This document shows positions 1 through 10,936 of a stretch of DNA of 64,000 bases, one piece after another. A program made the position numbers and the translations under genes. The stretch lies in contig JAGVYH010000002.1 in NCBI GenBank assembly GCA_018303325.1, forward strand, positions 17,246 through 81,245, written 5' to 3'. Source of the DNA: Candidatus Woesearchaeota archaeon (GTDB lineage Archaea; Nanobdellota; Nanobdellia; Woesearchaeales; DSVV01). The notes under the pieces were generated by a model, which made no database searches, was not told the origin of the DNA, and worked only from the letters and a program-made list of their open reading frames with translations. Positions within the stretch are counted from its first letter, which is position 1. Every line of letters starts with the position of its first letter.

Positions 1-504
1 ATTTTTTCAATGTTATTAACTAATGGTTTTGTAATAAGTATGCTTGATTTCACTCAAAACTCAACGCTTAATAGTTTGTCAAACACTTTTATTAAGAGGT
101 CTTTTCAGCGTAGTATGGCAATTGAGTGGGCAAATAATAATCTACCTAACAGTTCAAAATTGCTTGTTTATTTTAACGAAGATAAATATGGTATGCAGGG
201 AATTGAGGTGTTTTATGATTATTATTTTAACCCTGCATTCGAAGTAGTATCACTCAAAGAAACAAATGATAAGGTGTTGTTTCCTGATATTATTTCTTTT
301 AAGGAAATTGATGGTTTAACTTATTTTGGAAAAGAGGTTTATATAATCTCCGACGTTGAGATAGAAGACATAAAAAAAGAAATAAGTTTATTAACTCTTA
401 AAAATAATGCCACACTTAACTTAGAAAAATTTGAACAAAAAGAGATTTATTCAACACTAGTATCGCCAAATGTAAAAATAATTAAGTTATGGATAAAATC
501 ATAG
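1..504 (+). CDS. hypothetical protein, possibly the 3' part of a gene that begins upstream of the window
   Basis: Reading frame is open from nt 1 and the first ATG is at 10. No recognisable motifs. Confidence 0.35.
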   Translation: MFSMLLTNGFVISMLDFTQNSTLNSLSNTFIKRSFQRSMAIEWANNNLPNSSKLLVYFNEDKYGMQGIEVFYDYYFNPAFEVVSLKETNDKVLFPDIISFKEIDGLTYFGKEVYIISDVEIEDIKKEISLLTLKNNATLNLEKFEQKEIYSTLVSPNVKIIKLWIKS

Positions 505-557
505 TTAAAATATGCAGAATAATTAAATGAAGAACTAAACTAAAAAGATGAGATAAA

Positions 558-1361
558 ATGGAACCAAAAAAACATACTGAAGATGAAACACAAAGATTTA
601 AAAGTGAGATTAGTATAAATCAAAACCCACTTAGGTATAATATAAGCACTTGTTTTCGTCTAAAGCTAATAAATAGAAGTATATCTCCAAAACCAAACGA
701 AAAATTATTAGATGTTGGTTGTGGTATGGGTTTTATGGCTTGGTTTTTTAGTAAAAAATGTAATGTTTATGCAATAGACATTTCATTTGACTCAATTAAG
801 TTTGCTTCACAAAACAAGAAAGTGAAATGGGTAAATGGTAATGGGTTAATGCTTCCGTTTAAAGATAATTCTTTTGATTATGTAATTACATCAGAAGTAA
901 TGGAGCATGTTGAAGATGGGTATGGCTTTGTTGCAGAACTTAAAAGAATTATTAAACCTGGTGGCACAATTATATTAAGTACACCATCTATTGACGGCAT
1001 TTTGCGTGTTTCAAAAATTTGCCACATGCATGGCAATGAAACACATCATAAAATAGGTTATTCAAAAAATGAATTATTGCCTATGTTCAAGAAAAATAGA
1101 TTAAAAGTATTAAACGTAAAATATGGCCTTAATTTTTTTACACAGATTTTTATGGAAATAATAAAAATAGGTTATACTATTAAAAATCCTCACTTTGAAG
1201 ATCAAGCAGAATTAGAAAAAGATAAGAACACATTATTGTTTAAAATTTATAAATGTATCTTTTTAGCAATTGCACCTTTTTTAATAAGAATAGACCAGAA
1301 ACTTGAAAAATATATTCGTGGCAACAACATTATGATTGTTGCAAAAAGATTAAACAAATAA
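558..1361 (+). CDS. class I SAM-dependent methyltransferase
   Basis: Motif I LLDVGCGMGF and post-I acidic residue. IKPGGTIILSTP motif. Confidence 0.8.
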   Translation: MEPKKHTEDETQRFKSEISINQNPLRYNISTCFRLKLINRSISPKPNEKLLDVGCGMGFMAWFFSKKCNVYAIDISFDSIKFASQNKKVKWVNGNGLMLPFKDNSFDYVITSEVMEHVEDGYGFVAELKRIIKPGGTIILSTPSIDGILRVSKICHMHGNETHHKIGYSKNELLPMFKKNRLKVLNVKYGLNFFTQIFMEIIKIGYTIKNPHFEDQAELEKDKNTLLFKIYKCIFLAIAPFLIRIDQKLEKYIRGNNIMIVAKRLNK

Positions 1362-1670
1362 GCTTTAAATCAAAAAACCTGCCTCAAATTTGCTTACCCA
1401 GCCACAGCAAACTGTGTGGCACTATTTGAACCAAGCACCACGGCAACTTAATTATAAAACATTATTGTCGTCGATGTAATGTATCAAAACTAATATGTCA
1501 AGCTACTAGCTCAAATGTATAAGCATGGGCGTTGATAATTAAATTATATTTCCACGGCTATATTTATTTAACAATATTTATACAATTATTAAAGTCCATC
1601 GCTATACACAAAGTGCGTGACATATTGTTGTATTAAACTTGGTTTGTAATAAAAAGAATATAAAATACAA

Positions 1671-2600
1671 CTATTTACTTATATATTCTCTTAAAAAAGG
1701 TAGTGCTATAAGTGAAGCAACCCAATATCTTGTAGATAATAAAACACCAATGCCTGCCATTAAGCTTGGGGATGCATAATCTAAGAAAAGGAATATTAAC
1801 GCTGAATCTCGTATACCCATCCCACCGATAGTTAAAGGAGCCAAACCAGCTAAAATTGCTGCAGGCACAAGACTAAATATTAATTTTATTGGAACAAAAT
1901 AGTTTAAAGATAAAAATAAAAAATAGATTTGAGAAAGTTGGACTAGCCAAGACAATAAAGACAGTAAAAATATAGCCGCTAGCCTTATTTTATTCTGTTT
2001 AAGCTCAAAAACAAATCCTTGCATGTTTATTATCATATTTTCTATCTTTTTATGTTTAAATAAGAACCAAAACAATCTTTTTGAAAGAGGTGAATTTAAA
2101 AAATCAATTTTAAAATAAAGTATAGTAAACATTATAATGATAAGACAGAAGAAGATGAGCAAGCCAAACACATAATTAAATTTATTTACAGTTAATAAAC
2201 CAAGCAAAAATAAAACACATAAGGTAAAAATATCTAGAACTTTTTCAAAGACAACGCAATTTATAGCTCTCTTTATATCAACCCCTTCTTTTTTTAAAAA
2301 ATATGCTTTTGAGAGCTCACCTAGTTTTGATGGGACAAATGAATTAAGACCAATGCCTGCTAAACACATTTTTATTGAGTCCCACATGCTAATTTTATAA
2401 TCATAATTAATAATAACTTTCCATCGTATACTTATGACTAAATACAATGGCACATAAAATAAAAAAGATATTAAAAAAAATAACAAATTTAATTCGTAAA
2501 AATAATTTAGAAACTCAGTTGTATTAATATTAAATAAGATTACTACAAATATTGCAATTGTAAGTAACAATGCAACAATCTTTTTTAGTGTTATTTTCAT
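1671..2600 (-). CDS. polytopic membrane protein, UPF0104 / lysyl-phosphatidylglycerol-synthase-TM-like (flippase-like)
   Basis: About 8 predicted TM helices. N-terminal architecture typical of the flippase-like family that co-occurs with glycosyltransferases. Confidence 0.55.
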   Translation of the reverse strand: MKITLKKIVALLLTIAIFVVILFNINTTEFLNYFYELNLLFFLISFLFYVPLYLVISIRWKVIINYDYKISMWDSIKMCLAGIGLNSFVPSKLGELSKAYFLKKEGVDIKRAINCVVFEKVLDIFTLCVLFLLGLLTVNKFNYVFGLLIFFCLIIIMFTILYFKIDFLNSPLSKRLFWFLFKHKKIENMIINMQGFVFELKQNKIRLAAIFLLSLLSWLVQLSQIYFLFLSLNYFVPIKLIFSLVPAAILAGLAPLTIGGMGIRDSALIFLFLDYASPSLMAGIGVLLSTRYWVASLIALPFLREYISK

Positions 2601-2622
2601 TTACATTTCCTTCATTTAATTA

Positions 2623-3885
2623 TTAAATTGTTTTTTTTAGTAGTTTCCTTCTCAATTTTGCTGCTAAACCCATAATTGACAAAGGAATAAGTTCTGCAAA
2701 CATGTGAAATGTCTTGGATGTTGCAATTTTAAAAATAAAGGATTCGAGTTTTATTCGTCTTCCTTCAGCATTTGTATGTTTCAGTGGACTTATACCATAA
2801 ATTGGCTTTTGGTTATACTCATCCATTCTCATAAATGCACCAATTTTTTTATGTTTAATATTATGTTCATGAGAATTGATAAGTTTTTCTAATGGAAGTT
2901 GTTTAAGATTGATACTGTTTTTTACAAGCTCAAGAAGAGTTTTCCCTCTTTCTGTTCTTATAATCATTGTACCCCATGGTTCCCGATTAAGCTCATCTAA
3001 CCAAATATCACCAAATGAAATATCACTAAATTCAGCCATATAGTCTATGCATATTAAACATCTTTTAGGAACAAACATTGTATCAACAATGTCATAATAA
3101 TATTTAGGTAAGAAATGGGTTTTGCTTATTTTTGGGTTTTTTGTTTTAATTAAAAAACCACCTGGCCATTTTCCACCTCTGTATTCAATACTCAGGATAT
3201 CTTTAAACTTAATGCCCTGTTTTCTTATCAGGAACTTTGTTGCATTATTTGAAACATTAAATCCACAAAATAATCCTAAAATATATTTAATGTTACTTAC
3301 ATTTTTATGTTTATTTTTTTGTAATTTTCTTATACCATGTATATGGCATGGCAGTCCGACAAAAGCTATTTTTTTGAACTGCCTTGTCTTTTTCAAAATA
3401 CTATTTAAGGAAATAAGTGTATACTTTGATCCCTTAGCATGATTAATATCGGAAAGATTGTCTACTATTGTTGCTGTACACATCCATGGTTTACTCTCAG
3501 ACATTGAAACTACAATAGCGCCGTCTATCAATTTTTTTTTGAATGCCTTTGAAAGAATCGTTGTGATTGCTCCGCCGGAAGATGCGCCATTTCTTGTGCC
3601 TAATTGTTTAGACTGCACTAAATACAATGAGCTATAACATCCTATTTTTTTGTTTACTATGCTATTATCACCAAATACAAGTTTGTTCATTTGCGGATAA
3701 TTAAATTCAATCCCTGGACAATTATTGTAGCATTGACTACATGAAATACATTTATCATTATCAAAAAGAATTTCCTCATTATTTGTATTTAATGCTTCAA
3801 CAGGACAAATCCCAACACATGTTCCACATTTATTGCATAACTCAGGATTAATATTTTTAAAATTTAATTTTTTCAAATTTTGCAT
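2623..3885 (-). CDS. 4Fe-4S ferredoxin-domain / coenzyme F420 hydrogenase beta-subunit (FrhB)-like protein
   Basis: N-terminal 2x CxxCxxCxxxCP clusters. Central GASSGGAITT and VGLPCHIHG motifs of the FrhB family. Confidence 0.6.
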   Translation of the reverse strand: MQNLKKLNFKNINPELCNKCGTCVGICPVEALNTNNEEILFDNDKCISCSQCYNNCPGIEFNYPQMNKLVFGDNSIVNKKIGCYSSLYLVQSKQLGTRNGASSGGAITTILSKAFKKKLIDGAIVVSMSESKPWMCTATIVDNLSDINHAKGSKYTLISLNSILKKTRQFKKIAFVGLPCHIHGIRKLQKNKHKNVSNIKYILGLFCGFNVSNNATKFLIRKQGIKFKDILSIEYRGGKWPGGFLIKTKNPKISKTHFLPKYYYDIVDTMFVPKRCLICIDYMAEFSDISFGDIWLDELNREPWGTMIIRTERGKTLLELVKNSINLKQLPLEKLINSHEHNIKHKKIGAFMRMDEYNQKPIYGISPLKHTNAEGRRIKLESFIFKIATSKTFHMFAELIPLSIMGLAAKLRRKLLKKTI

Positions 3886-4036
3886 ATAACTATGAACGCT
3901 GTTTGCTTTATATGTTTTGTGAAGTTGCCATATTCAAGTTAAATACGTGATTTTTAATAATTTTAATAATAATAAATACTGCCAACCATAATTAATAGAT
4001 GATAAAACTATTTATTTTTTTGTTATTCTTTAAATT

Positions 4037-5869
4037 TTAAGAAGGATTCACATATTCTCTGACTCTAAAATAAGGATTATTTGCAGTTAAACCGGTTTTT
4101 TCAGTTACATCAATAGTATTATTCATTATCCATTCATATTGAGCGGGATATGATTTAGAGATATCAGCTAAAGTTTCTATTCCAATTCCCACTTTTTTTT
4201 GATAAAGATTAAATATAAAAAATTTAAGATTATTATTTTTTACTTGTTTTTCTATCCATGAAACATTAACAATTTTATAGTTTGCGCATATTTTTTGTGT
4301 ATAAAATGTCAGAGATTTGTCTTCGTTATATGCTAGGCAAGAATAATTAATACCTTCTGTATTTTTTTTCAGAAAATCACCAACTATTTTTATTGCTTCT
4401 GGCCTTTTGAAGATTCCAACACCAGATAATACTAAAAAACTAGCTGAAAGTATATTGATTGTGAGAAATATAATAATGAATATTGTTGCAATCTTTCTTA
4501 ATTGTTCTTTACGAAGATTTGTTCTTGAAATGTAAATTATTAAAATAACCGCCAAAAAAACAATAAACATAATAAATAAATAAAAGTACTGATTTGTGGT
4601 TTTTAGCATTGTTTCTATTACATAGTTCCCTTTAATATCAACAGAAAACAAAAAAGGGAAGAATTTTAATATTATAATCCAATAAATTGTAGTTAAGCCA
4701 ATTAACAATGGAAGTAACAGCTTATTCTGTCGGATAAATGAGATATATACTATATATATGCCTATTGCTGCAAATGTTACATATGCCGGACTAAACACAG
4801 TCTGTCTTTCTACATAAGGTTGTTTGTTGATATAATAAAGCAATGACACAGCTAAATAAGATAACCACAACAGATAATGTACATTTCTAACTCTTTTTGC
4901 AAGAGTTACAATTTTCGTTAAGGAGTAAATTAACCCAAATAATAATGGAATAAATATTAGCCCGATAAATGGAGTTAGAATTAAATACTTACCCATTAAA
5001 AGAATATTCTCAGTAAATGGCTTATAATTCATATATGCCTTGTTTATTCCTAAACTATGTATTAATATTATCTTGAACCAGTTTAAATATGAAGTATCGT
5101 TCCATAGAATCCAAGGCAGCAGCATATATAAAAAATAGATAAATAGTGCTATAATTGTTGCTATAATAAAATGCTTGTACTTACATAATAATTGTCTGCT
5201 TATTTGAGATGGGCTTTTGTTGTTGTTTAATCCTGTTTTAGCTGAAAAATAAATTTTTATTGCTATATAAGGAATTAAAGATAATATGGGTAAGATTCCT
5301 CTGAAATCTGTTGTTAATAGATTAACTAAACAAACAAATGCCGCTAAATAAGTATAATGTGGTTTGTTTTCTTCAATACTTTTGATCACTAAAAAAATAG
5401 TTAATACTACATAGAAAGTTAAAGCACTGTGCAAAAATCCGCTTCTTGAAAAAGCAATATGAAATGGAAGAAATGCAAACAAAATAGTGGCAAGATATGC
5501 TATCTTTGTATTAAACTGTCTTTTTAATAAATAATATAGAACAATAACTGTTAAACATGCAAAAATTATGCTTGGCAGCTTAACAGCAGTGTTAGTATAG
5601 CCAAATATAAAAATAAATGGAACAATAGGTGTTGCTGCAAATGGCCGATTATACTTATAACCACCATATGAAGTAGGTTCATCTGGAAAAGAAGGATAAA
5701 TCGCTCTTGAAGGATTTTCGATTATATGCATAGCAAGCTGGGCATACTCGGAATCATCTCCACCACTAAGTTCACCAGAATTATAAAATCTAACAGAAAA
5801 TGTTGAAACGACCAATATTAACAAAAAAAATAATTCAATTGTTTTTTGGTTAATCCTTTTTTTTTCCAT
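4037..5869 (-). CDS. GT-C fold glycosyltransferase (ArnT/PMT-like, GT39/GT83 family)
   Basis: 610 aa with more than 10 TM helices. First-loop acidic DDSEY motif. C-terminal soluble domain. Confidence 0.55.
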   Translation of the reverse strand: MEKKRINQKTIELFFLLILVVSTFSVRFYNSGELSGGDDSEYAQLAMHIIENPSRAIYPSFPDEPTSYGGYKYNRPFAATPIVPFIFIFGYTNTAVKLPSIIFACLTVIVLYYLLKRQFNTKIAYLATILFAFLPFHIAFSRSGFLHSALTFYVVLTIFLVIKSIEENKPHYTYLAAFVCLVNLLTTDFRGILPILSLIPYIAIKIYFSAKTGLNNNKSPSQISRQLLCKYKHFIIATIIALFIYFLYMLLPWILWNDTSYLNWFKIILIHSLGINKAYMNYKPFTENILLMGKYLILTPFIGLIFIPLLFGLIYSLTKIVTLAKRVRNVHYLLWLSYLAVSLLYYINKQPYVERQTVFSPAYVTFAAIGIYIVYISFIRQNKLLLPLLIGLTTIYWIIILKFFPFLFSVDIKGNYVIETMLKTTNQYFYLFIMFIVFLAVILIIYISRTNLRKEQLRKIATIFIIIFLTINILSASFLVLSGVGIFKRPEAIKIVGDFLKKNTEGINYSCLAYNEDKSLTFYTQKICANYKIVNVSWIEKQVKNNNLKFFIFNLYQKKVGIGIETLADISKSYPAQYEWIMNNTIDVTEKTGLTANNPYFRVREYVNPS

Positions 5870-6152
5870 AGTTTGTTTTAAATTTGTCAGGATTGTTCAT
5901 TTTTTAGATAAACTTAAGAAGTGATTAATAGTTTAAAAAGTTTCTGCACTTAAAATATTAAATTATAATTGAAAAAAAGTTAATATGAACAGAACAATGA
6001 ATTATTCAAAATTGAAATTTATGAATATAGCTTATAGATTTAAAAGTTCCGCAAACTATTTAAACCATTTGTCTTTTTTGAAGTTAGATAAAGCAATTTT
6101 TATTTTAAGGCAAAATGATATCACAGAAATCTAAAAAAATTTAGAGAAAAAA

Positions 6153-7523
6153 ATGAAAATTTTATTTGTTTATCCACCACCATTTGAAGATAAGATTTTT
6201 TCCAATTTAGTCTATCCTCCCCTAGGTATATTATTTCTTGCAAGCGTTGTTAGAGAAATGGGGCATGATGTAAAAGTATTTGATGCGAATGTGTTGCGTG
6301 CAAGTTTTGAAGAAACAGTTAATTATATAAAAGAAATTAAGCCAGACATAGTTGGAATAACAGCAGCAACTGCAAATGGACCAAGTACATTTAAGCTTGC
6401 AGCAAAGATAAAGGAAATCGAACCGTCTGTCAAAATTATTTCTGGTGGGCCACATATTACTGTCGCACCAGAAGAGTGCCTAAATGATGAAAATATTGAT
6501 TATATTCTTGTTGGTGAAGGTGAGGCAACAATTAAAGAGTTAATTGAAGCATTAGAATCAGGTAGTGACCCAAATAAAGTAAAAGGAATTGGTTTTAGAA
6601 AAGGAAAAAAAATAATTATAACACCAAAACGTGAATTAATTCATGATTTGGACTTATTGCCAATGCCGGCATATGATCTTATTCCTATCGACAAATATTG
6701 GTCACCACAAATTACTGAATTTCCGTTTACAAGCATGATAACAAGCAGAGGCTGCCCTTATCACTGCATATTTTGTGGTGTTCAAGCAATATTTGGCTAC
6801 CAATATCGTTTTATGAGTGCAGAAAAAATGTTTTTTCAGGTTCAGGAATTACAAAAAAAGTTTGATGTTAAGACAATCATATTTAAAGACAGCGAATTTG
6901 CTTTAAGAAAAGATAGAATAGAAAAATTTTGTGATTTAATCATTAAAAATAATGTTAAAGTAAAATGGCTTTGTAATGCACGCGTTAATAATATGACTAA
7001 TGAACTTCTAACAAAAATGAAAAATGCTGGATGTTATTCAATAACATATGGTGTTGAATCTGGTTCTGAAAGGATTCTTACTGTGCTTAAGAAAAATATT
7101 ACGTTGAACCAAGCACGAGAAACAATAAAACTCACAAAAGAAGTTGGTATTGAATGTGCAGCCAATTTTATATTAGGAAATCCGACAGAAACAAAAGAAG
7201 ATATCGAAAAAACAATAAACTTTGCGATTGAATTAAATCCAGATTATGCAATGTTTTCATATTTAGTTCCTTATCCTGGGACTGAGATTCATGAAATGGC
7301 AGCACATAATAGTTGGGTTATCAATGATTTAGATAATGTATATAAAAACAGCTCTGTGGTTATGAATGCTACGGCTTTAACAACAAAAGAGTTATCTAAA
7401 TATATGAAAAAAGCTTATTTTAAATTTTACTTTAGACCACGATTTATTTGGAAAACAATTAAAAACTTAAAATTCTCTGACTTAAAAACAAAACTGCCTG
7501 CTTTAATTGATATATTAAAGTAG
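6153..7523 (+). CDS. B12-binding domain radical SAM protein
   Basis: N-terminal cobalamin-binding Rossmann domain (PPLGILFLASV...DANV). CPYHCIFC radical SAM CxxxCxxC cluster. Confidence 0.85.
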   Translation: MKILFVYPPPFEDKIFSNLVYPPLGILFLASVVREMGHDVKVFDANVLRASFEETVNYIKEIKPDIVGITAATANGPSTFKLAAKIKEIEPSVKIISGGPHITVAPEECLNDENIDYILVGEGEATIKELIEALESGSDPNKVKGIGFRKGKKIIITPKRELIHDLDLLPMPAYDLIPIDKYWSPQITEFPFTSMITSRGCPYHCIFCGVQAIFGYQYRFMSAEKMFFQVQELQKKFDVKTIIFKDSEFALRKDRIEKFCDLIIKNNVKVKWLCNARVNNMTNELLTKMKNAGCYSITYGVESGSERILTVLKKNITLNQARETIKLTKEVGIECAANFILGNPTETKEDIEKTINFAIELNPDYAMFSYLVPYPGTEIHEMAAHNSWVINDLDNVYKNSSVVMNATALTTKELSKYMKKAYFKFYFRPRFIWKTIKNLKFSDLKTKLPALIDILK

Positions 7524-7646
7524 TTTATTTTCTCTTTAAATTTTATTATTTGAAATAAAGATTATTTTTTTATTTATAAAATATTACTCAAAAGCAATAA
7601 AACTTCATTAACTTTTTAAATTAATAATTATTCCTTAACAATAGTT

Positions 7647-9299
7647 ATGACTAAAAATAACATATCTAATCCCTACCTTAATTTTGTAATGAACAATATA
7701 GTTCCTAGAATCTTAACAAAGCTTGATAGAGATTACACTTCTCAAACATACGGCTGTTTTGACAGAAAATACTGGCATTACCGCATTAATGATTTTCCTT
7801 CACTTATAGAACAACAGCCTATGCTTGCTCTGGCGCAGTTATATACATGGAAAGATAAATCAAATATTTATTATAAAAATGAAAAAATAAGAGAATATAT
7901 TCTTGCTGCATTAAATTTTTGGAAAAATAAGCTGCATTCTGATGGAAGCGGAGATGAATATTGGCCAAATGAACATAGTTACCCACCAACAGTATTCCCT
8001 TTATTTGCTGCTTGTGAAAGTTATAAATTATTAAATCTCAACGATGATTCTTTAAAAAGAGCTATGCTTAAATCTGTAAACTTTATCTCGAAATGGAAAG
8101 AGAAGGGTGCTGTTAATCAAGAAATTGCATCTATTGCCGCTTTATACAGCGCTTATACAATCCTTAAGAAAAAAAGCATTTTGATTATAATTGATAATAA
8201 ATTAAAGAAAATAATTCCTCTTCAAACAAAAGAAGGCTGGTTTCCTGAGTATGGTGGTGCAGATTTAGGTTATTTAAGCGTAGCATTAGATTATGCAGCA
8301 AACTATTATCATTTAAGTAAAGATTCAAGAATTCTGCCACTTATTGAAAATATGATTGGATTTATAAAATATTTTGTTCATCCTGATGGAACATTTGGCG
8401 GCGATTATGGCAGCAGGAATACAGAATATTTTCTTTTGCATGGTTTAGAATTATTATCACAAAAGTATCCCCTTGCAAGAAGAATAGCTGACAAACTCTT
8501 AGAAAATATTAATACTGCTTATTATTTGCATAATGGAATTGATGACAGATATCTATGTGATTATTGCGGAAGATCTTTTGTTGGAGCAATGATTTCTTAT
8601 TCTCCTCAATCAGTAAATATAAAGTTGCCTTATGAACTGGAATTTGAGAAATGGTTTGCTTATTCAAAAATTTACATTAAAAGTACAAAATCAGTTTATA
8701 TTATTGTTAATCTCTTAAAAGGCGGAATAGTAAAGGTTTATAGTAAACAGAGCAACAAACACATAGAAAATAAAGAAGGTTTGCTCTTTAGTGATTGTGG
8801 ATATAATATTATTAATAGCAAAAATATTTTGACGACAAATTGGTTGGAATATGAATATAATATATTGATTAATAAGAATAATTTATTCGTCGACGGAGTT
8901 TTTCACAAACAATCTTTGTTTGTACTTACACCATTAACAAGTATCTTGTTAAGGTTTGCTGCCAAATTATTGGGTAAATTATTAATACCATTTGCAAAAA
9001 GAATAATGATCTCTTCTCAATCCATTTCATTAGTTACATTCAAAAGGAGTATATCATTATCAGATGAAAGCTTAATTATTCATGATTTCATTAGCTCACC
9101 ATTTATAATAAAAAAGTTATGTTCAATAAACCGCTTTTCTTTAAGATATGTTCCCTCTTCGCGCTTTTTTCAAATTAATGACTTGTTTATAATTAATAAA
9201 GAGCGAAAATATTTTAATATTAAAAAATTAGAATTAAAAAAAAGATTTGATTTTTTTAAGAAAGAAGAGAAAATACTAAATGTAAAAATAATTAATTAA
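7647..9299 (+). CDS. hypothetical protein (550 aa) in glycan locus
   Basis: Long ORF with ATG start and coding-like composition. No motif I can name with confidence. Confidence 0.5.
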   Translation: MTKNNISNPYLNFVMNNIVPRILTKLDRDYTSQTYGCFDRKYWHYRINDFPSLIEQQPMLALAQLYTWKDKSNIYYKNEKIREYILAALNFWKNKLHSDGSGDEYWPNEHSYPPTVFPLFAACESYKLLNLNDDSLKRAMLKSVNFISKWKEKGAVNQEIASIAALYSAYTILKKKSILIIIDNKLKKIIPLQTKEGWFPEYGGADLGYLSVALDYAANYYHLSKDSRILPLIENMIGFIKYFVHPDGTFGGDYGSRNTEYFLLHGLELLSQKYPLARRIADKLLENINTAYYLHNGIDDRYLCDYCGRSFVGAMISYSPQSVNIKLPYELEFEKWFAYSKIYIKSTKSVYIIVNLLKGGIVKVYSKQSNKHIENKEGLLFSDCGYNIINSKNILTTNWLEYEYNILINKNNLFVDGVFHKQSLFVLTPLTSILLRFAAKLLGKLLIPFAKRIMISSQSISLVTFKRSISLSDESLIIHDFISSPFIIKKLCSINRFSLRYVPSSRFFQINDLFIINKERKYFNIKKLELKKRFDFFKKEEKILNVKIIN

Positions 9300-9354
9300 T
9301 TAATTTAGGTTATAAGAACAAGAGGGTTAAAAATTAGTTATTTTTTATTAAATT

Positions 9355-10701
9355 TCATTTTGAATACATTTTCTCTTTCCATCCTCTTGCCACATTAGAA
9401 ATAGTATCATGATAAACATCTTCTTTTTTTGAAATATAATGAAGTAATCTTTCATAAACTCTCAAATATCTTTCATTTCCTGTGAGATAATCATCTGGAT
9501 GGGTAAGTATATTAATAATTCCACCAACATTATAAATATAATTTACTTTTTCTTTCCAAAGTTTAAGCATTTTGTTTGGGTTTAAATTTAAAGTATAGAT
9601 TAACCTGTAATCCTGCGGCAAAGTTAGTGGCACTTCAACCATATTATTAATCATAAAAGGAAACACCGTGCAACAACCGCTTCTTTTAGCTAATGGTGAA
9701 AGAATATCTGTGTCTGGAACAGAAGAATCACATTCAAAATAATTGCTTAGCTCTTTTAAAAAAGACTCATTTCTCATTAAAATAGGTGACCTGAAAGAGG
9801 TTGGCTTAAATCTTGCAAATGTAGTTTTTGCATGATTTAATCTTTTAGCAACACCTTTTTTATTCAAAAAAGACAATTTTCCGTCGTGATTATACCCATG
9901 TATACCAATCTCACAGCCATCTTTTACAAGTATATTTAGTTTCTTAAAGTTTAGATTATACTTATTTGAAAGAACATTCCAAGATGAATTGAAATTATAC
10001 CTTTTTTCAATTTCTCTGATAACAGAAATATTTCTGAATGATGTTTCAGTTTCCATGTCATGTGTAGCAATAAAACAGCATTTATTATTGTTTGGCCAAT
10101 GGTTAGATTTTCTGCCAGTCTTAATTTCAAGAGCCTTTTCCAACAAATACCTTAACACATCAACGCTAGGTTCAACCGGCCATGTCGGAAACCTAAACTT
10201 GTTTTTTAATGCTTTATTTGAATTAGTATTTATACTTGTGTTTATATCATTATCAATATCAATTTTCTTTTTTAAATTTGTTTTACGAATCATATTTCTA
10301 AAAAAAGGCGGGATTAAATTATATGAAAAAGGCAGTCGTGTAAATAATGCCCTTTTATGCAAAAAATATCTTTCAAAAAGAAGGTAATTAATTATATTTT
10401 CAAAATTATTAAGCTCAATATTTTTGCTGGTATTACTGAGGTTGAGAAAATCAAACTCCTTACCACCTACAATGATAGAAACATCTGGATTATTTGTGTT
10501 TTTATTGCAGATATTTTGGATTGGAAACATAATTAGTTGTTTACACCAATGTGGCAAAAGTTTTTTATTATTAATTTTAAGAGTTGCAATCTGTTTTTTA
10601 ATATGTGAATCAGTTGAGGAAGTTGATAGCGACTGCATCAACAGATGCTTTTTATATCTAATTGGAATATTTAAACTATTCAGCATGGTTTCTTCTGACA
10701 T
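9355..10701 (-). CDS. polysaccharide deacetylase family (CE4) protein, ArnD-like deformylase/deacetylase with N-terminal extension
   Basis: ATHDMETE and EIGIHGYNHD motifs resemble ArnD DVDTFRG and EVGLHAWDHH. Confidence 0.55.
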   Translation of the reverse strand: MSEETMLNSLNIPIRYKKHLLMQSLSTSSTDSHIKKQIATLKINNKKLLPHWCKQLIMFPIQNICNKNTNNPDVSIIVGGKEFDFLNLSNTSKNIELNNFENIINYLLFERYFLHKRALFTRLPFSYNLIPPFFRNMIRKTNLKKKIDIDNDINTSINTNSNKALKNKFRFPTWPVEPSVDVLRYLLEKALEIKTGRKSNHWPNNNKCCFIATHDMETETSFRNISVIREIEKRYNFNSSWNVLSNKYNLNFKKLNILVKDGCEIGIHGYNHDGKLSFLNKKGVAKRLNHAKTTFARFKPTSFRSPILMRNESFLKELSNYFECDSSVPDTDILSPLAKRSGCCTVFPFMINNMVEVPLTLPQDYRLIYTLNLNPNKMLKLWKEKVNYIYNVGGIINILTHPDDYLTGNERYLRVYERLLHYISKKEDVYHDTISNVARGWKEKMYSK

Positions 10702-10936
10702 GACATAAACAATTGCCAGAAGGTTAATAAATCTTATTAATTCGTGTTTCTTTTTTATAATAAAAGGTTAATAGTGAAAACAATGAAGAGATTAGAATAA
10801 AAGTAGGCAATAATGATAATATGGATTATAACCCTATTTTTGTTCTTATTTTCGTCTACAACTGGTGACAATTCTATTGCAATATAAGATTAATACAATA
10901 TAAACTTTTTTAAAGCAATCTGCATTCCTGCAATCT

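Noticed and set aside
1380-1450. GC-richer island with hairpin GCCACAGCAAACTGTGTGGC after the methyltransferase gene, considered as tRNA or terminator
   Set aside because: No tRNA cloverleaf features (no T-loop GTTCRA, no CCA-compatible acceptor). The hairpin lacks a following T-tract, so a terminator call is not supportable.
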